A stretch of DNA of 63,506 bases, filler included, from Octopus bimaculoides (taxonomy: Eukaryota), in NCBI RefSeq assembly GCF_001194135.2. It is 4 parts of 3 records of this genome, joined end to end, with 100 filler letters (N's around TTAATTAATTAA, not from the genome) between each part and the next. Parts side by side here need not be neighbours in the genome. Positions count along the whole stretch, not along the records: positions 1 to 8,094 come from NC_068999.1; positions 8,195 to 29,825 come from NC_068985.1; 2 more parts are not named here. The stretch is one strand, 5' to 3'. Position numbers and translations under genes: made by a program. The notes below the pieces were generated by a model. That model was given only the letters and a program-made list of their open reading frames with translations, made no database searches and had not been told where the DNA came from. This document shows, piece by piece, positions 1 to 11,690 of the stretch (the stretch's first letter is position 1; each line of letters starts with the position of its first letter).

Positions 1-488
1 CTACAGATTTGGCAAAGTACCGCCCACCAGCAGTTTTATATTATGAAGAATGAATACAGAAAGCTGTGAGAATACGCACATTTTTCGCAGTAAATTAACG
101 ATGCATAACAGGTGGTTTACAAATGGGAATTGATACCGAATTACTGGCCAGGTTTTGGTGGGAAGTTGTATCTTCATCTCACCTGACACTTCAACTAGCA
201 ATTTAGTCCAGGAGTCTCCAACTGCTTTCTTGATCTGGTGGTAGCAAAAACAGTCAAATCTTCGTAGAAACAAATAATTCAAGTTCACAAATTCTATAAA
301 AGGAAAACAGAAAAAGAAAATAAAAACACATTGCAAAACTAGATTGCGTAACTTTATCCGATAAACACCAACAACATTAACATCATCTTATGTAAGATAA
401 AAAAACAAAACAAAACATGAAGGGTTCTCAAAAATGTGTGTTGATTAACTGGGCAGAACCGAATTCACTAAACAGCAGCTACAGGCTC

Positions 489-924
489 AGGCATGGCTGT
501 TTGGTCAACAGGCTTGTTTTGTAATCATGCGGGTTCCGGTTCGGGTTCAGCCCCGCTGCACTGTACCTTGGGCAAGTGTCTTGTATAATAGCGCCAGGCA
601 GTTACAGAAGACAAATGCGTTGTGAGAGAATTTGATTAACGGAAACGGTGTGGAAGGCGGCGAGCTGGCAGAACCGTTAGCACGCCGGACGAAATGCTTA
701 GCGGTATTTCGTCTGCCGTTACGTTCTGAGTTCAAATTCCGCCGAGGTCGACTTTGCCTTTTATCCTTTCGGGGTCGATAAATTAAGTACCAGTTACGCA
801 TTGGGGGTCTATGTAATCGACTTAATAGCTTTGTCTGTCCTTGTTTGTCCCCTCTATGTTTAGCCCCTTGTGGGCAATGACGAAATAAGAAACAGTATGG
901 AAGCCTGTCGCGTGCGTTTGTGCA

Positions 925-957
<33 letters not shown>

Positions 958-960
958 ATA
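489..960 (+). mobile_element. tRNA-derived SINE family B (CORE-like CCTTGGGCAAG motif), interrupted by a family A SINE
   Basis: Head GGCATGGCTG..., B-box-like GGGTTC, ACCTTGGGCAAGTGTCTT core and (TG)n; the same family recurs many times in the window. Boundaries approximate. Confidence 0.75.
657..889 (+). mobile_element. tRNA-derived SINE family A, full length
   Basis: GCGGCGAGCTGGCAGAA head, GAGTTCAAATTCC B-box, CCTTTCGGGGTCGATAAATTAAGTACCAG body; flanked by a 14-bp near-duplication (643-656 / 890-903). Confidence 0.9.
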
Positions 961-1142
961 AATATATGAACTCCTTGGCTTTGTTGTCTCATTTTATTTC
1001 ACATACACATGCTCATACAAGACCCGCATGAGACTTCTCACTCGTATCATTATCGAACCGAGAGTTTAACTACGGTCCTTCCATAACACTTACATGGCGT
1101 TACCTGCCACCTCAGGTCTTCTGGATACCAATACCTCTCATA

Positions 1143-1320
1143 TGTATATAGTGAAAATTTATAGAAAAAAAAAGACAAAGATAGGTGTATGAACAACAAG
1201 CAAGTGTTTTAGTTTGACGCTCAGGAAAATGAAAAATATCTTTTACATTTCGAGCTTACGCTCCTTAACAGAAAAGAATAAGAAGAAATAAACAAAGGGA
1301 GAATGAAAAAAAACTTGTAG
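1143..1320 (-). mobile_element. Probable Penelope-like element terminal (pLTR) fragment with a degenerate hammerhead-like motif
   Basis: Minus strand reads CTGTTAA-G-GAGC gtaa GCTC-GAAA-TGT...GCGTC, the order of motifs in type I hammerheads of Penelope-like elements. No ORF, so the class assignment is inference. Confidence 0.5.
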
Positions 1321-2019
1321 AACTTCAGCGGTCCAATTCAAATAAGATGATATTTTTTCGACGTAGAACTGCCGTATCTTTCTATACACATTTCGACGCT
1401 TATAAAAACAAATGTTTCTTTATAGTCATACAAGTAGTTATATATATATATATATTCTTTTACTTGTTTCAGTCATTTGACTGCGGCCATGGTGGAGCAC
1501 CGCCTTAAGCGATTTTAGTCGCACAAATCGACTCCAGGACTTACTCTTTGTAAGCCTAGTACTTATTCTATTGGTCTCTTTTGCTGAACCGGTAAGTTTG
1601 ATTCAGACTGAATCAAAATGTTTTAATCTATCTATCTATCTATCTATTTGTCAGTCTGTCTGTCTGCTTTTATCTACCAATCGATCTATTTCTATTTCTC
1701 CCTCTCTCCCACCCTCTGTCACTCCCTCTCTCTCCCTCTGTCCTCTTCTCTTTCCCCCATCGTATAACTTAATTTATTAAATAAATATAGAGTATGAAAG
1801 TCAAAATGTTAAGGGAAATAGAATTAAAGTGTCCATCGTCTGGTCCAATGTCTTCATTTAATTAATATAAAACGGATAATTAAATACACAAGAGAATGTT
1901 CAAAATATTGTAAGTCCAACATAAGAGATAATCAAATGAAAATTATAGTTTGGTACTACCGTCAAAGGGGTCATAGCCAGGCTACGAAACGTTTTGGAAT
2001 TAATCCTCGTATCCGTGAA

Positions 2020-2247
2020 ACTACCCAGCAATAATATTCTTTTCCACAGAAGGCATAAGGCCCGAAATTTTCGGGGAGGGGGCCAGTCGACTAGATCGAT
2101 CCCAGTACGCGACTGGTGCTTAATTTATCGACCCCGAAAGGATGAAAGACAAAGTTGACCTCAGCGGAATTTGAACTCAGAACGCAAAGACAGACGAAAT
2201 ACCGCAAAGCATTTCGCCCGGCGTGCTAACGTTTCTGCCAGCTCGCC
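2020..2247 (-). mobile_element. SINE family A
   Basis: Reverse complement of the family A head and body, ending ...CTGCCAGCTCGCC. Confidence 0.9.
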
Positions 2248-2274
2248 GTTTGTTTACATTTACCGTAAATTGAA

Positions 2275-2331
<57 letters not shown>

Positions 2332-2337
2332 GATTAA

Positions 2338-2516
2338 GGCGGCGAGCTGGTAGAATCGTTAGCACGCTGGACGAAATGCTTAGCGGTATTTCACCCGTCG
2401 CTACGTTCTGAGTTCAAATTTCGCCAAGGTCGACTTACCAGTGAAACATTGGGGTCGAAGTGATCGACCTGCTCCCCCACCCCCAGGTTTCAGGCCTTGT
2501 GCCTATAGTAGAAAGG

Positions 2517-2552
<36 letters not shown>

Positions 2553-2697
2553 GATTAAGGCGGCTGACTGGCAGGATCGTTGAAACGCCGGACAAAATGC
2601 TTCGCGGTATCTTGCCCGTCTTCACGTTCTGAGTTCAAATTCCGCTGAGGTCGACTTTGCCTTTCATCTTTTCGGGGTCGATAAAACAAGTACCAGC
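2338..2697 (+). mobile_element. Two tandem SINE family A copies separated by (TTA)n
   Basis: Heads at about 2338 and 2559, each preceded by (TTA)n-TTGATTAA. Confidence 0.9.
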
Positions 2698-2899
2698 TAT
2701 TATGTGTTCAATGGAGATTTCAAGACTAATTTAAGAGAAAACTAATGTAAGAACTGAACTAGGCAAATGTTGGAAGAAAATACGGATTTAGGAAATGAAA
2801 TGAGCATAGTTTAAAACTGCTGCAGTTCTGTGCAATAAATGGTCTCACGTTAAAAGGTACCCTGCTCCCCCTCTCAATGAACATACGGGTAACACGGGT

Positions 2900-4000
2900 A
2901 TTACTCGACAAGGAAACACAAAAAAAGGAAGACAAAACCAAAAAGAACAATAGAACAAAACATTCAGGTTAGATAGGTTTCTGATCCTTTTCTTCTCTCG
3001 GTAAATTCTGAAATAACACCAAAATAAGCAAAATAGAATATAAACGGTAGTAAAACGACATGATGTGGAAATTTCAAATACAAACAGGTGGGGTATTGTC
3101 ACACCTTTGTTTCAGCTCGAGACAGAGTGACATAGACAAAGTGTTAGAGTCATTCATAGAAACGACATACAAAATGAGAGAAGAAACTGTGTATGAACAA
3201 CGGAAAAGCTGAATAAACCAGACGATATTGTCAGTCTCGAACGATACAAAGGAATGAACAAAGTACTCAAAATAACATTTAAAACACAAAAGAACAAAAG
3301 CTTACAAGACAAACTTTATGGACTGCTAAAAGCTTCAAGAACAATAATAATCACAACTTTTTTTCACGTCTGTCTGTGAAACGGAGAGAAAGAACAGAGA
3401 AACTACACAGTGTAACCAATAATAAAGACGGTAATACATATTTCTATACAAATCTAGAAAAGCATCTCGAACAACTCTTTTACTCTAAGTTACAAGAAAA
3501 TCCAGAAGATATTTCAAAAGTCCCGGATTCTCTATCCGTTTTGGGTAGCGAAGAAATAGAAATGACAATAAGATGAACGTGCGGCAGGAATATTTGGCAG
3601 AGTCCGAAATACCAGCTCACTGCCTAGAAACTGAACCCATATCAATCTATTCGAGCGTAATGACACAACCGGGGTTTTGTTAGTGATTGATAACATCAAC
3701 AAACAACTGGCCAATCAAATATCCTGTAGAAATCACTGCATCAACACGAACACAATTTGTTCAATGGTTGATGATGTCAGCAACCCACTGACGATTGGAA
3801 TCTCTGGTACAAGCATGCTATCATTAACATTTTGTTTTTGACGTCCTTTTCTCTTCGCAGAGCCTTTACCTATATATGGAATTGTCTGTCCGCTAACAGC
3901 CAGTTGTGGCTCACGGATTAACCCATTCAATTTCTAGAACAGACACCATTCACAGCATCTGTCTTTTTTGACACTCAACAATCCTCCAAAACTGTTGAAC
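2900..4000 (+). mobile_element. Highly degenerate LINE (RTE-like) ORF2 relic
   Basis: Broken frames resembling the region just before an RT domain (e.g. ...EQLFYSKL...EEIEMTIR); many stops and frameshifts. Confidence 0.3.
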
Positions 4001-4504
4001 TCTTTAACTGCGGTAAACATTTCTTTCTCGTTGTCGATCGTAACAGCAATACATTGTTTTGTTTAAAAGTAAATAAATAATTTTGTATGCGGAACTTCAC
4101 ATGGACTTCTTTGTGATTTCGTTCATTTCTCAATGCAATCGAATCGTTACACTGGTGACAACAAAACAGAAATATATATTTACATTACAAATGATAAACC
4201 ACAAAACACCTGGTTTAGATGTCGTCAACATTGAAGTACTAAGAGCAGGAGGAGGAGGAGGAGGAGGAAGAGAAGGAAGAGATGGTTAGTATATTACACA
4301 TAATATAAGGACACAGATCATGTCGTATAGCCAGCTGGAGACGATGTCTCTTGGGGTTAAATCACAGCAACATTCGTCCTAAACCAGGACTGCCATGTTA
4401 TGTTGGCAAACAATCTTTACTCCAAAGTACTGTTGCTGAATATCTCTCGTTGTGAGATTTAAAAATAGCAATTTTCTAAGGATAAGAATCCTTCTCAAGT
4501 CATA

Positions 4505-4728
4505 TAACCTCATAGGGCCGGTTTCCCAGCTTAATGGCAAATATATATTCCTCACTTGGTTGGGACGCTGGTCTGTTGCAGGATTACTCATTTTTGCCTG
4601 CTGAGTGGCCTGGAGCAGTGTGAAATGAAGTGTTTTGCTCAAGACTACATCGCATCACCTGATCCAGATATCGAAACCACAATCTTAGGATCATGAATTC
4701 AAACTCCTAACCATTAAACCACATGCCT
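4505..4728 (-). mobile_element. tRNA-derived SINE family F
   Basis: GCTGAGTGGCCTGGAGCA...TGAAATGAAGTG...ATCGAAACC...CTAACCATTA; a related copy lies at about 60870-61055. Confidence 0.7.
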
Positions 4729-5717
4729 CATTCTAAAATCGAGAGTAACATGAGTAATGAGTTGAAAGTCTTCATGTCTTCTTCAACAGTAATAAAATCG
4801 AAGCCAATAATTGCAACAAAATCAGCAAGCGAAGTTTCGTATAGCAGCGAGGACCTCGGGAGGAAAACTGGAAAAATGAGAAGAGATAAACACACGAAGA
4901 TTATTTCGAATAAAGAAAAGGAAAGAGGTAACGTTTAGGAAACAGAATATACGGTCGAAGATATAGAAATTAGGGCATTAACGCAAGGCCGTCCTGAGAT
5001 TTTTGGGGATTAGGCGAACAATGATGAACAATGAAGAACAATAACGAACAACGGTGAACAATAGATTACAATACTTACAAATGAATGAGAAAATATATAA
5101 AGAATATTACAGAAGTATTAAGAACAAAGCTGTAGACATTAAAACACAATGCACTGCTGTCTTAATAGGAAGATAAGTGACTACATTGGACAGAAAGATA
5201 AAATTAATGGCGGTATTTAGAATACAGCTTCTAATAGTCGACTATAATTCGCAACGGACAGAAAGTTGAAGAAGATTAAATATAATTAAAATATTGCTAT
5301 ACAATCACCTCTATATGCTTATAAAAAGGCATTGCAGAAAATAATAGCAGATTAATGCAAATGTTTCTGAATCAGAATAATGTTTTCTTATTTTTCTGAG
5401 AAACAACAATGGCGGAGAGGATACTGGATGGAATGTCAGAGAAGTCTGAGATGGAAGAATTAGAATGAAGACAAAATATATTAGTGACCTAAATCACAAG
5501 ACGTGATATATAAAAAAAATTAAAAAAGCCAGCAAAAGAAACTGAGAACATATTTCCATATTAGAGTAAGTTTATTGATTGGAAAGCAAAACAAAAACTC
5601 GGATCAAATCGGTTGCTAATACTGAATCAAAAATCTCGGAATTAAAACTAGGGTTGAAGGGATGGATAATGAGGTCATAAGTTGATGAGGGATTATTTTA
5701 ATAATTAATAATTAACA

Positions 5718-6140
5718 AAGCGGCGAGCCGGCAGAATCGTTAGCACGCTGGGTATAATACTTAGCGGCCTGTCGTCTGTCTTTACGTTCTGAGTTAAAAA
5801 ATCTACCACGGTCGATTTCGCCTTTCATCCCGTGGGACTTAATAAACTAAGTACCAGTTGAGCACAGGGGGTCGATCGACTTGACCTTCTCCGCGGAATT
5901 ACTGGCCTTGTGCCAAAATTTGAAATCACTAATTAATAAGTTGGCAGAATCGTTGGCACGCCGGACAAAATGCTTAGCGGCATTTCGTCCGTCTTTACGT
6001 TCGGAGTTCAAATTCCGTCAAAGTCGAGTTTGCTTTTGATCCTTTCGGGGTCGGTAAAATAAGTACCAGTTGAGCACTGGGGGTCGATGTAATCGACTTA
6101 ACCCCCTCCGAAATTGCTGGCTGTGTATTATAAGTCGAAA
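5718..6140 (+). mobile_element. Two tandem SINE family A copies
   Basis: Family A heads at about 5718 and 5940 with conserved bodies. Confidence 0.85.
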
Positions 6141-6319
6141 CCAATGATAAATAATCGTTTTTGAGAGCGGTTGGGTTCATTTTTAGTATTGTCGTTTGTG
6201 AGAGAAGTCGAATTTATTTAAGATATTCTCATCTTAAAAACCATCTCTGGCTAATCATTGAGAAGACGTAGTTGCTGCATTGGCGGAAGTTTGCTCTGAG
6301 TGCTCGTGTTAATATTGAC

Positions 6320-6528
6320 TTCAAATTTCGGCACAAGGCTAACAAGTTCGAGGAAGGGTGCTAGCCAATGACATCGTCCCCATTGCTTCACTAGCATTCA
6401 TTCTATCGACCCCGAAAGGATTTATAGGCAAAAATCAACCTCGGCGGAATTTGAACACAAGACGTGCAGGCGGACGAAATACCGCTAGGCATTTTGCCCG
6501 GCGTGCTAAAGATTCTGCCAGCTCGCCA
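6320..6528 (-). mobile_element. SINE family A
   Basis: Reverse-complement family A body and head. Confidence 0.85.
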
Positions 6529-6949
6529 ATATGTCGACAATCTTTTTGCACAACTGTCAGCCATTAGGAGGAGATAAACATCTCGTTGTTTACTCCTGTA
6601 TATATGAGCTCAGAAGTATTAAAAGTACACAGATTAATAGGAAAGAGCAGATAACTTCATCTTTACTGTTACTTCTTCTGTGTTGTATTAATCTTTGCCA
6701 TTGTTGTTGTTATTGTTATTGTATCTCTTGTGGAATGCCATGTGTATGAGTTAATGTGTGTGTGTGTGTATGACTCTGATTGTATGTGCTTGTATGTGTG
6801 TTCACGAGTGTGTGCGTGCGTGCGTGCGTGCGAGTGTGGTTGTGCGCATGAGTGTGTGTGTGTATGTATGTGCTAGTGTGTGTGTGTGTGTGATAGATCC
6901 CTCTATACAACCTGTTGTTTCACATCACATTGATGTGATTTTTGCTTGC

Positions 6950-6999
6950 TTGTTTCTTTCTTTGTCCTTCCTTCCTTCCTTCCTTCCTTCCTTCCTTCC

Positions 7000-7030
<31 letters not shown>

Positions 7031-7045
7031 TTTCTTTCTTTCGTT
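6950..7045. repeat. (CCTT)n/(CTTT)n microsatellite
   Basis: Directly visible tetranucleotide array. Confidence 0.95.
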
Positions 7046-7277
7046 CTTTATTTATGTATGTGTCGCCTTTCCATTAACGGATTTGGATTCTCTTCTCGGC
7101 TCTCATAGAATTAACGAACGACAACAACAAATACAAATATATAAAAAAAAAACCCAACATTATCGCTGACCAAGCTTAAACCATTGATTCATAAAATGTG
7201 TTTGATACTACACACACAGCTTACACACACACACACAAATTCGTGTATATGTGTATATATATATATATATACATACA

Positions 7278-7860
7278 TACGAGGTCTGATCAATAAGTAT
7301 CCGGACTGCTGCCATAGTAACGAGGCTAAAGCACGCAGCGTCAAGCCGCTAGGCAAAGATTGACCTTCAACTCTGCTGTGCATGCACAATAAATTTCGAT
7401 GTTCTAGCTCACTTCCGCTGTTTACAACAGTGCTTGGAAGGAAGGAGTGTAGTGTGTGATCGTCGCATTGACCATGACAGTGAAAGTTGCCATGGCGATA
7501 CCTGCTCAGAGACCTTTGCAAAGTTGCAGAAAGTGTATGGAGAGGTGTGTATGAGCCGCACACAAGTGTACGAGTGGTTCAGACGTTTCCAAGATGGCCG
7601 ACAAAAAGTCGATAGTGACAAACGTTCTGGAAGACTCGCAACCAGCAGAACTGAGAGAAACATCGCAGATGTGCGTGCAACTGTGTGGGGAAATCGTCGA
7701 ATCACCATCCTCGAGATATCAGAAGATGTTCAGATAAGTTACGGTTCAGTTCAATCCATTATCACTGAAAATTTGGGTATGAGATGCGTGTCTGCCAAGT
7801 TTGTGCCGAAACTGCTTTCAGCTGACGAAAAAAACACTCGGGTTTCAGTTGCTATGCATT
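7278..7860 (+). mobile_element. Mariner transposon, 3'-truncated (left TIR plus N-terminal transposase)
   Basis: TA + CGAGGTCTGATCAATAAGTATCCGGACT terminus. ORF 7434-7889 carries mariner HTH motifs (...YG...MSRTQVYEWFRRFQDGR...RSGR; ...LGMRCVSAKFVPKLL). No catalytic DDD domain and no right TIR. Confidence 0.9.
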
Positions 7861-8094
7861 TTACCCGGCAGGTTAACGATTCTGTTTAATCATTGCCCTT
7901 GGGCTAATTATATTATTGACGCTCGCAAGGATACCCTATCACTGTTTTGAAGACGCCTCACGGATATGATTGAGTCAAGAACAAATAGATATAACAATCA
8001 GAAACACAGCTTCTTAAGTTTAAAACAGCAAATTATAGACTCAGTCATCACGGATTTGTAGCACATTTGAAGGAAGTACTTCTATATATATTTG

Positions 8095-8194
8095 NNNNNN
8101 NNNNNNNNNNNNNNNNNNNNNNNNNNNNNNNNNNNNNNTTAATTAATTAANNNNNNNNNNNNNNNNNNNNNNNNNNNNNNNNNNNNNNNNNNNN
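8095..8194. other. Artificial scaffold join (44 N + TTAATTAATTAA + 44 N)
   Basis: Exactly 100 bp; a palindromic 12-mer giving stop codons in all six frames; the same layout occurs three times. Confidence 0.95.
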
Positions 8195-8454
8195 GTGAGA
8201 CAGATACAGATGTCTTGCTGTAAAGGAAGTACAATATTACCCAGCCGGAGAGAGACAGATCAGGAATGAAGAAAGAGGTGTACTACCACAAAGGAAGTAC
8301 ATGGTTACCCAACCTGAGGGAAGTGCAGGAGAAGGAGAGAGTGGGAGACAGCAGGACAGAGATGGTGGCAAAATGCCGAGCATACTCACAAGGAACAAGG
8401 ATCAGAATATAAATGGGATGGTTGAGTAANNNNNNNNNNATATATATATATATA

Positions 8455-9420
8455 TCATCATTGTTTAACGTCCACCTTCTTTGCTAGCATGGGTGGGGCA
8501 GTTTCACAAGAGCCAGCTAGGCCAAAGCCTGCACCAGACTTCTGTGACTATTTTGGAAGGATTTTTACAGCTGGATGCCCTTCCTAACGCCAACCACTCG
8601 GCAGAGTGGACTTTGTACTCTTTCGTGGCACAAGCACAGGCAAGGTCAGTTTTAGCAAGGTTTTTACAGCTGGACGCCCTTCCAAACACCAACCACTTTA
8701 CAGTGTGGACTGGGTGCTTTAAAGTGGCACCTGTACTGACACGATCACCAAGTACTTACAAAACAAGAAAGGGAAAAAAAACTTTCAAGTGGAGAGGAGG
8801 CATTAGTGGAGGTGATCTTGTGTTGGATGAAAGGTTATAGTGAGACAGATACAGATGTCTTGCTGTAAAGGAAGTACAATATTACCCAGCCGGAGAGAGA
8901 CAGATCAGGAATGAAGAAAGAGGTGTACTACCACAAAGGAAGTACATGGTTACCCAACCTGAGGGAAGTGCAGGAGAAGGAGAGAGTGGGAGACAGCAGG
9001 ACAGAGATGGTGGCAAAATGCCGAGCATACTCACAAGGAACAAGGATCAGAATATAAATGGGATGGTTGAGTAAAAGAAAACAGAGATATAGATGGTGGC
9101 AAGTGCCAGGGCATACCCTTGAGGTTCAAATGCCATAATATAAATGGCAGAATATTTTGAAGGGAATGTGATTAAAGAGTGCAATTAAGTGGCAAAAGAC
9201 CTGGGTATGTATGTTGGGTGGGGCTACCAGATAGCAAAGATACAGAGGAACAGGGGTATGAGGACAAGATTGGGGAGTGGGAGGTAATCAAAGTACATGA
9301 AGCAGAAATGTGAGGAAGAGAAGAGATGCAGAAATGTAGTTTGGTTTGTTGTGGTAGAGTGATTGAGAAGTTTTCTTGTTAAGTGTAGGTGGAACACACA
9401 GCGTTTCTAGAACTCAGTTT
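8455..9420 (-). mobile_element. Family C retroelement 3' region (RTE-like tail ending in (GAT)n)
   Basis: CATCATTGTTTAACGTCC tail and an internal direct repeat TTTTTACAGCTGGAYGCCCTTCC..ACCAACCACT. Related copies at about 11445, 13980, 16490, 18170, 23285 and 27190. Confidence 0.65.
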
Positions 9421-9577
9421 CACTGATGTGGGCAAGTTTTCTCACGAACTTCATATCGCCAGACATCTCAGTCCATTATCATTTCCTCCTTGAAGTCCAG
9501 CTTCTTGAGACCAGTCCTTACCACTTCATCTCACATCTTCCTAGGTCTCCCTCTTCCATGGGTACCATCCACTTACA

Positions 9578-9615
<38 letters not shown>

Positions 9616-10143
9616 TTGATGGGCTTCTTTCAGTTTCCATCTACCAAATCCATTCACAAGGCTATAGTAGAAAACACTTGCCCAAAGTTCCATGGAGTGG
9701 GACTGAACCTGGAACCATGTAGTTGGGAAGCAAGCTTCTTACCACACAGCCACTCCTAACACTTTTTTTCCCTTCTCTGTGTAATTATATCTAATTAGCT
9801 TTTTAATGGTCTCTTCATTCAGTGTGGTGAAAGGAACATAATTATCGAGTGATAATAATGTAATTATTATTATATTATTAGTTTTCTGGTCTACATATGA
9901 TGTCACATAGATGTCTAATGCATTTATATGTGTATAAGTGTGTGAGTGTGGGTGTTTTGTAAAGGGAGTGAGAAAGGCAGGCCGAGAGACAGAGAGAGAA
10001 TGATAGATATGGACAGTCAAAGCATCTAGTAAAAAAGAAAAAGTTGGAGAATCAACTGGACAAAGGTTGTGTGATACAAGCTACATTGCTATATATATTG
10101 CTTCCTCCTCCATTTCTCTTCTTCACACATATTTTACTCTCTT

Positions 10144-10206
<63 letters not shown>

Positions 10207-10366
10207 CTTTGTCTCATTTCCTTTATCTCTTTCTGTGGGTTGGGTATTTAATAAGTAGTCTATTGTTTGCTATATACAGTTATAAAAAGAAGCCCAATCC
10301 TCTTGCTACAACAGTGACTTGGCTCTCATTCTTAACCATAGACTCTACATGCCATTGTTGTTCCCC

Positions 10367-10399
<33 letters not shown>

Positions 10400-10564
10400 C
10401 ATATATACATAATACATGCATACATACATATACATACACATTTTAAGTCATTCACTTAAAGAAGCCCTTCATCTCTGTTTTGGAATCTTTTTGCTTGTCC
10501 TGCCAGGACATCCTGTCTGAGGTATGGACGAGGTCACAATATATCTCTCTTAATCCTTTGTCTT

Positions 10565-10745
10565 TATCACCAACACCACCACCACCACCACCACCACCAC
10601 CGCAAACACCACCAACGCCTTCAACACCAATGCCATCACCAACACCACCACCGCTAACAACAACAACACCACCAACGCCAACACCACCACCAACACCTCC
10701 AACATTACCACCACTGACAACAACACCACCACCACCACTCCCCAT
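10565..10745. repeat. Degenerate (ACC/AAC)n trinucleotide tract
   Basis: Visible low-complexity array; explains the Pro/Thr-rich and Gly/Val-rich pseudo-ORFs here. Confidence 0.9.
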
Positions 10746-11444
10746 TATTAACAAGGGAACAAGTGGTTACTTGATCCAGACTAGAGAGCTGCTAAATTTC
10801 TTCAGTTATCTTAAACAAGTAAATATCATATTGGATGATGCAATTCTAGACATACTTTTTAAAACATATTTTTTTTTTACTTGTTTCAGTCATTTGACGG
10901 CGGCCATACTGGTGCATTGCCTTCTGTCAAACAAATCGACCCCAAGACTTATTCTTTGTAAGCCTAGTACGTATTCTATCGGTCCCTTTTTGCTGAACCT
11001 CTGATTGACGGGGATGTAAACACACCAACATTGGTTGTCTAGTGATAGTGGAGGGATAAACACAGACATAAAAACAAATATATATATATATATTACAGAG
11101 ATGCACTTGCATAGCAAGTGACCCAATCTGAGATTGTGCGCTGAAACAAAAACAATTGTAGTGTGGAAGGTGTTTATAAGCCATTTAAAAACAGACACAA
11201 GCTATTAGATTCACTTCAACAATTTAATTTGCCTAAATATTTTCATCGCTTTGAGACTGCAACCTGATCACTGACAAAATTCCATGCTGCATTGGAATTT
11301 TGTCAGAGATCAGGACATACGCACATAGATAAATACATACACACACACACACACATATATATATATATGCACACACACTCACACATGCACAGACACACAT
11401 GCAAACACACACACACGTATGGATGTATGTATATATATATATCA

Positions 11445-11690
11445 TCATCATCATCATCATCGTTTAACGTCCGCCTTCCATGCTAGCATGGGTTGGACGA
11501 TTAGACTGAGGACTGGTGAAACCGGATGGCAACACCAGGCTCCAATCTAATTTGGCAGAGTTTCTACAGCTGGATGCCCTTCCTAACGCCAACCACTCAG
11601 AGAGTGTAGTGGGTGCTTTTACGTGTCACCCGTACGAAGACCAGTCAGGCGGTACTGGCAAGGGCCACGCTCATCTCGCTCGAGAAACCT
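11445..11690 (-). mobile_element. Family C retroelement 3' end, young copy
   Basis: (CAT)n-CGTTTAACGTCCGCCTTCCATGCTAGCATGGG; CpGs retained. Confidence 0.75.

Noticed and set aside
7-53. Possible + strand terminal exon (CAG|..LAKYRPPAVLYYEE-stop)
   Set aside because: The acceptor context is cut by the window edge, the peptide is unrecognised, and it does not match the CFAP44 C-terminus.
8139-8150. TTAATTAATTAA as a biological motif (PacI or homeodomain site)
   Set aside because: It is centred in exactly 44+44 N three times, so it is an assembly spacer.
10480-11004. 174-aa Pro/Thr-rich extensin- or mucin-like ORF
   Set aside because: It is the translation of a degenerate (ACC)n tract running into a SINE tail; no credible gene structure.
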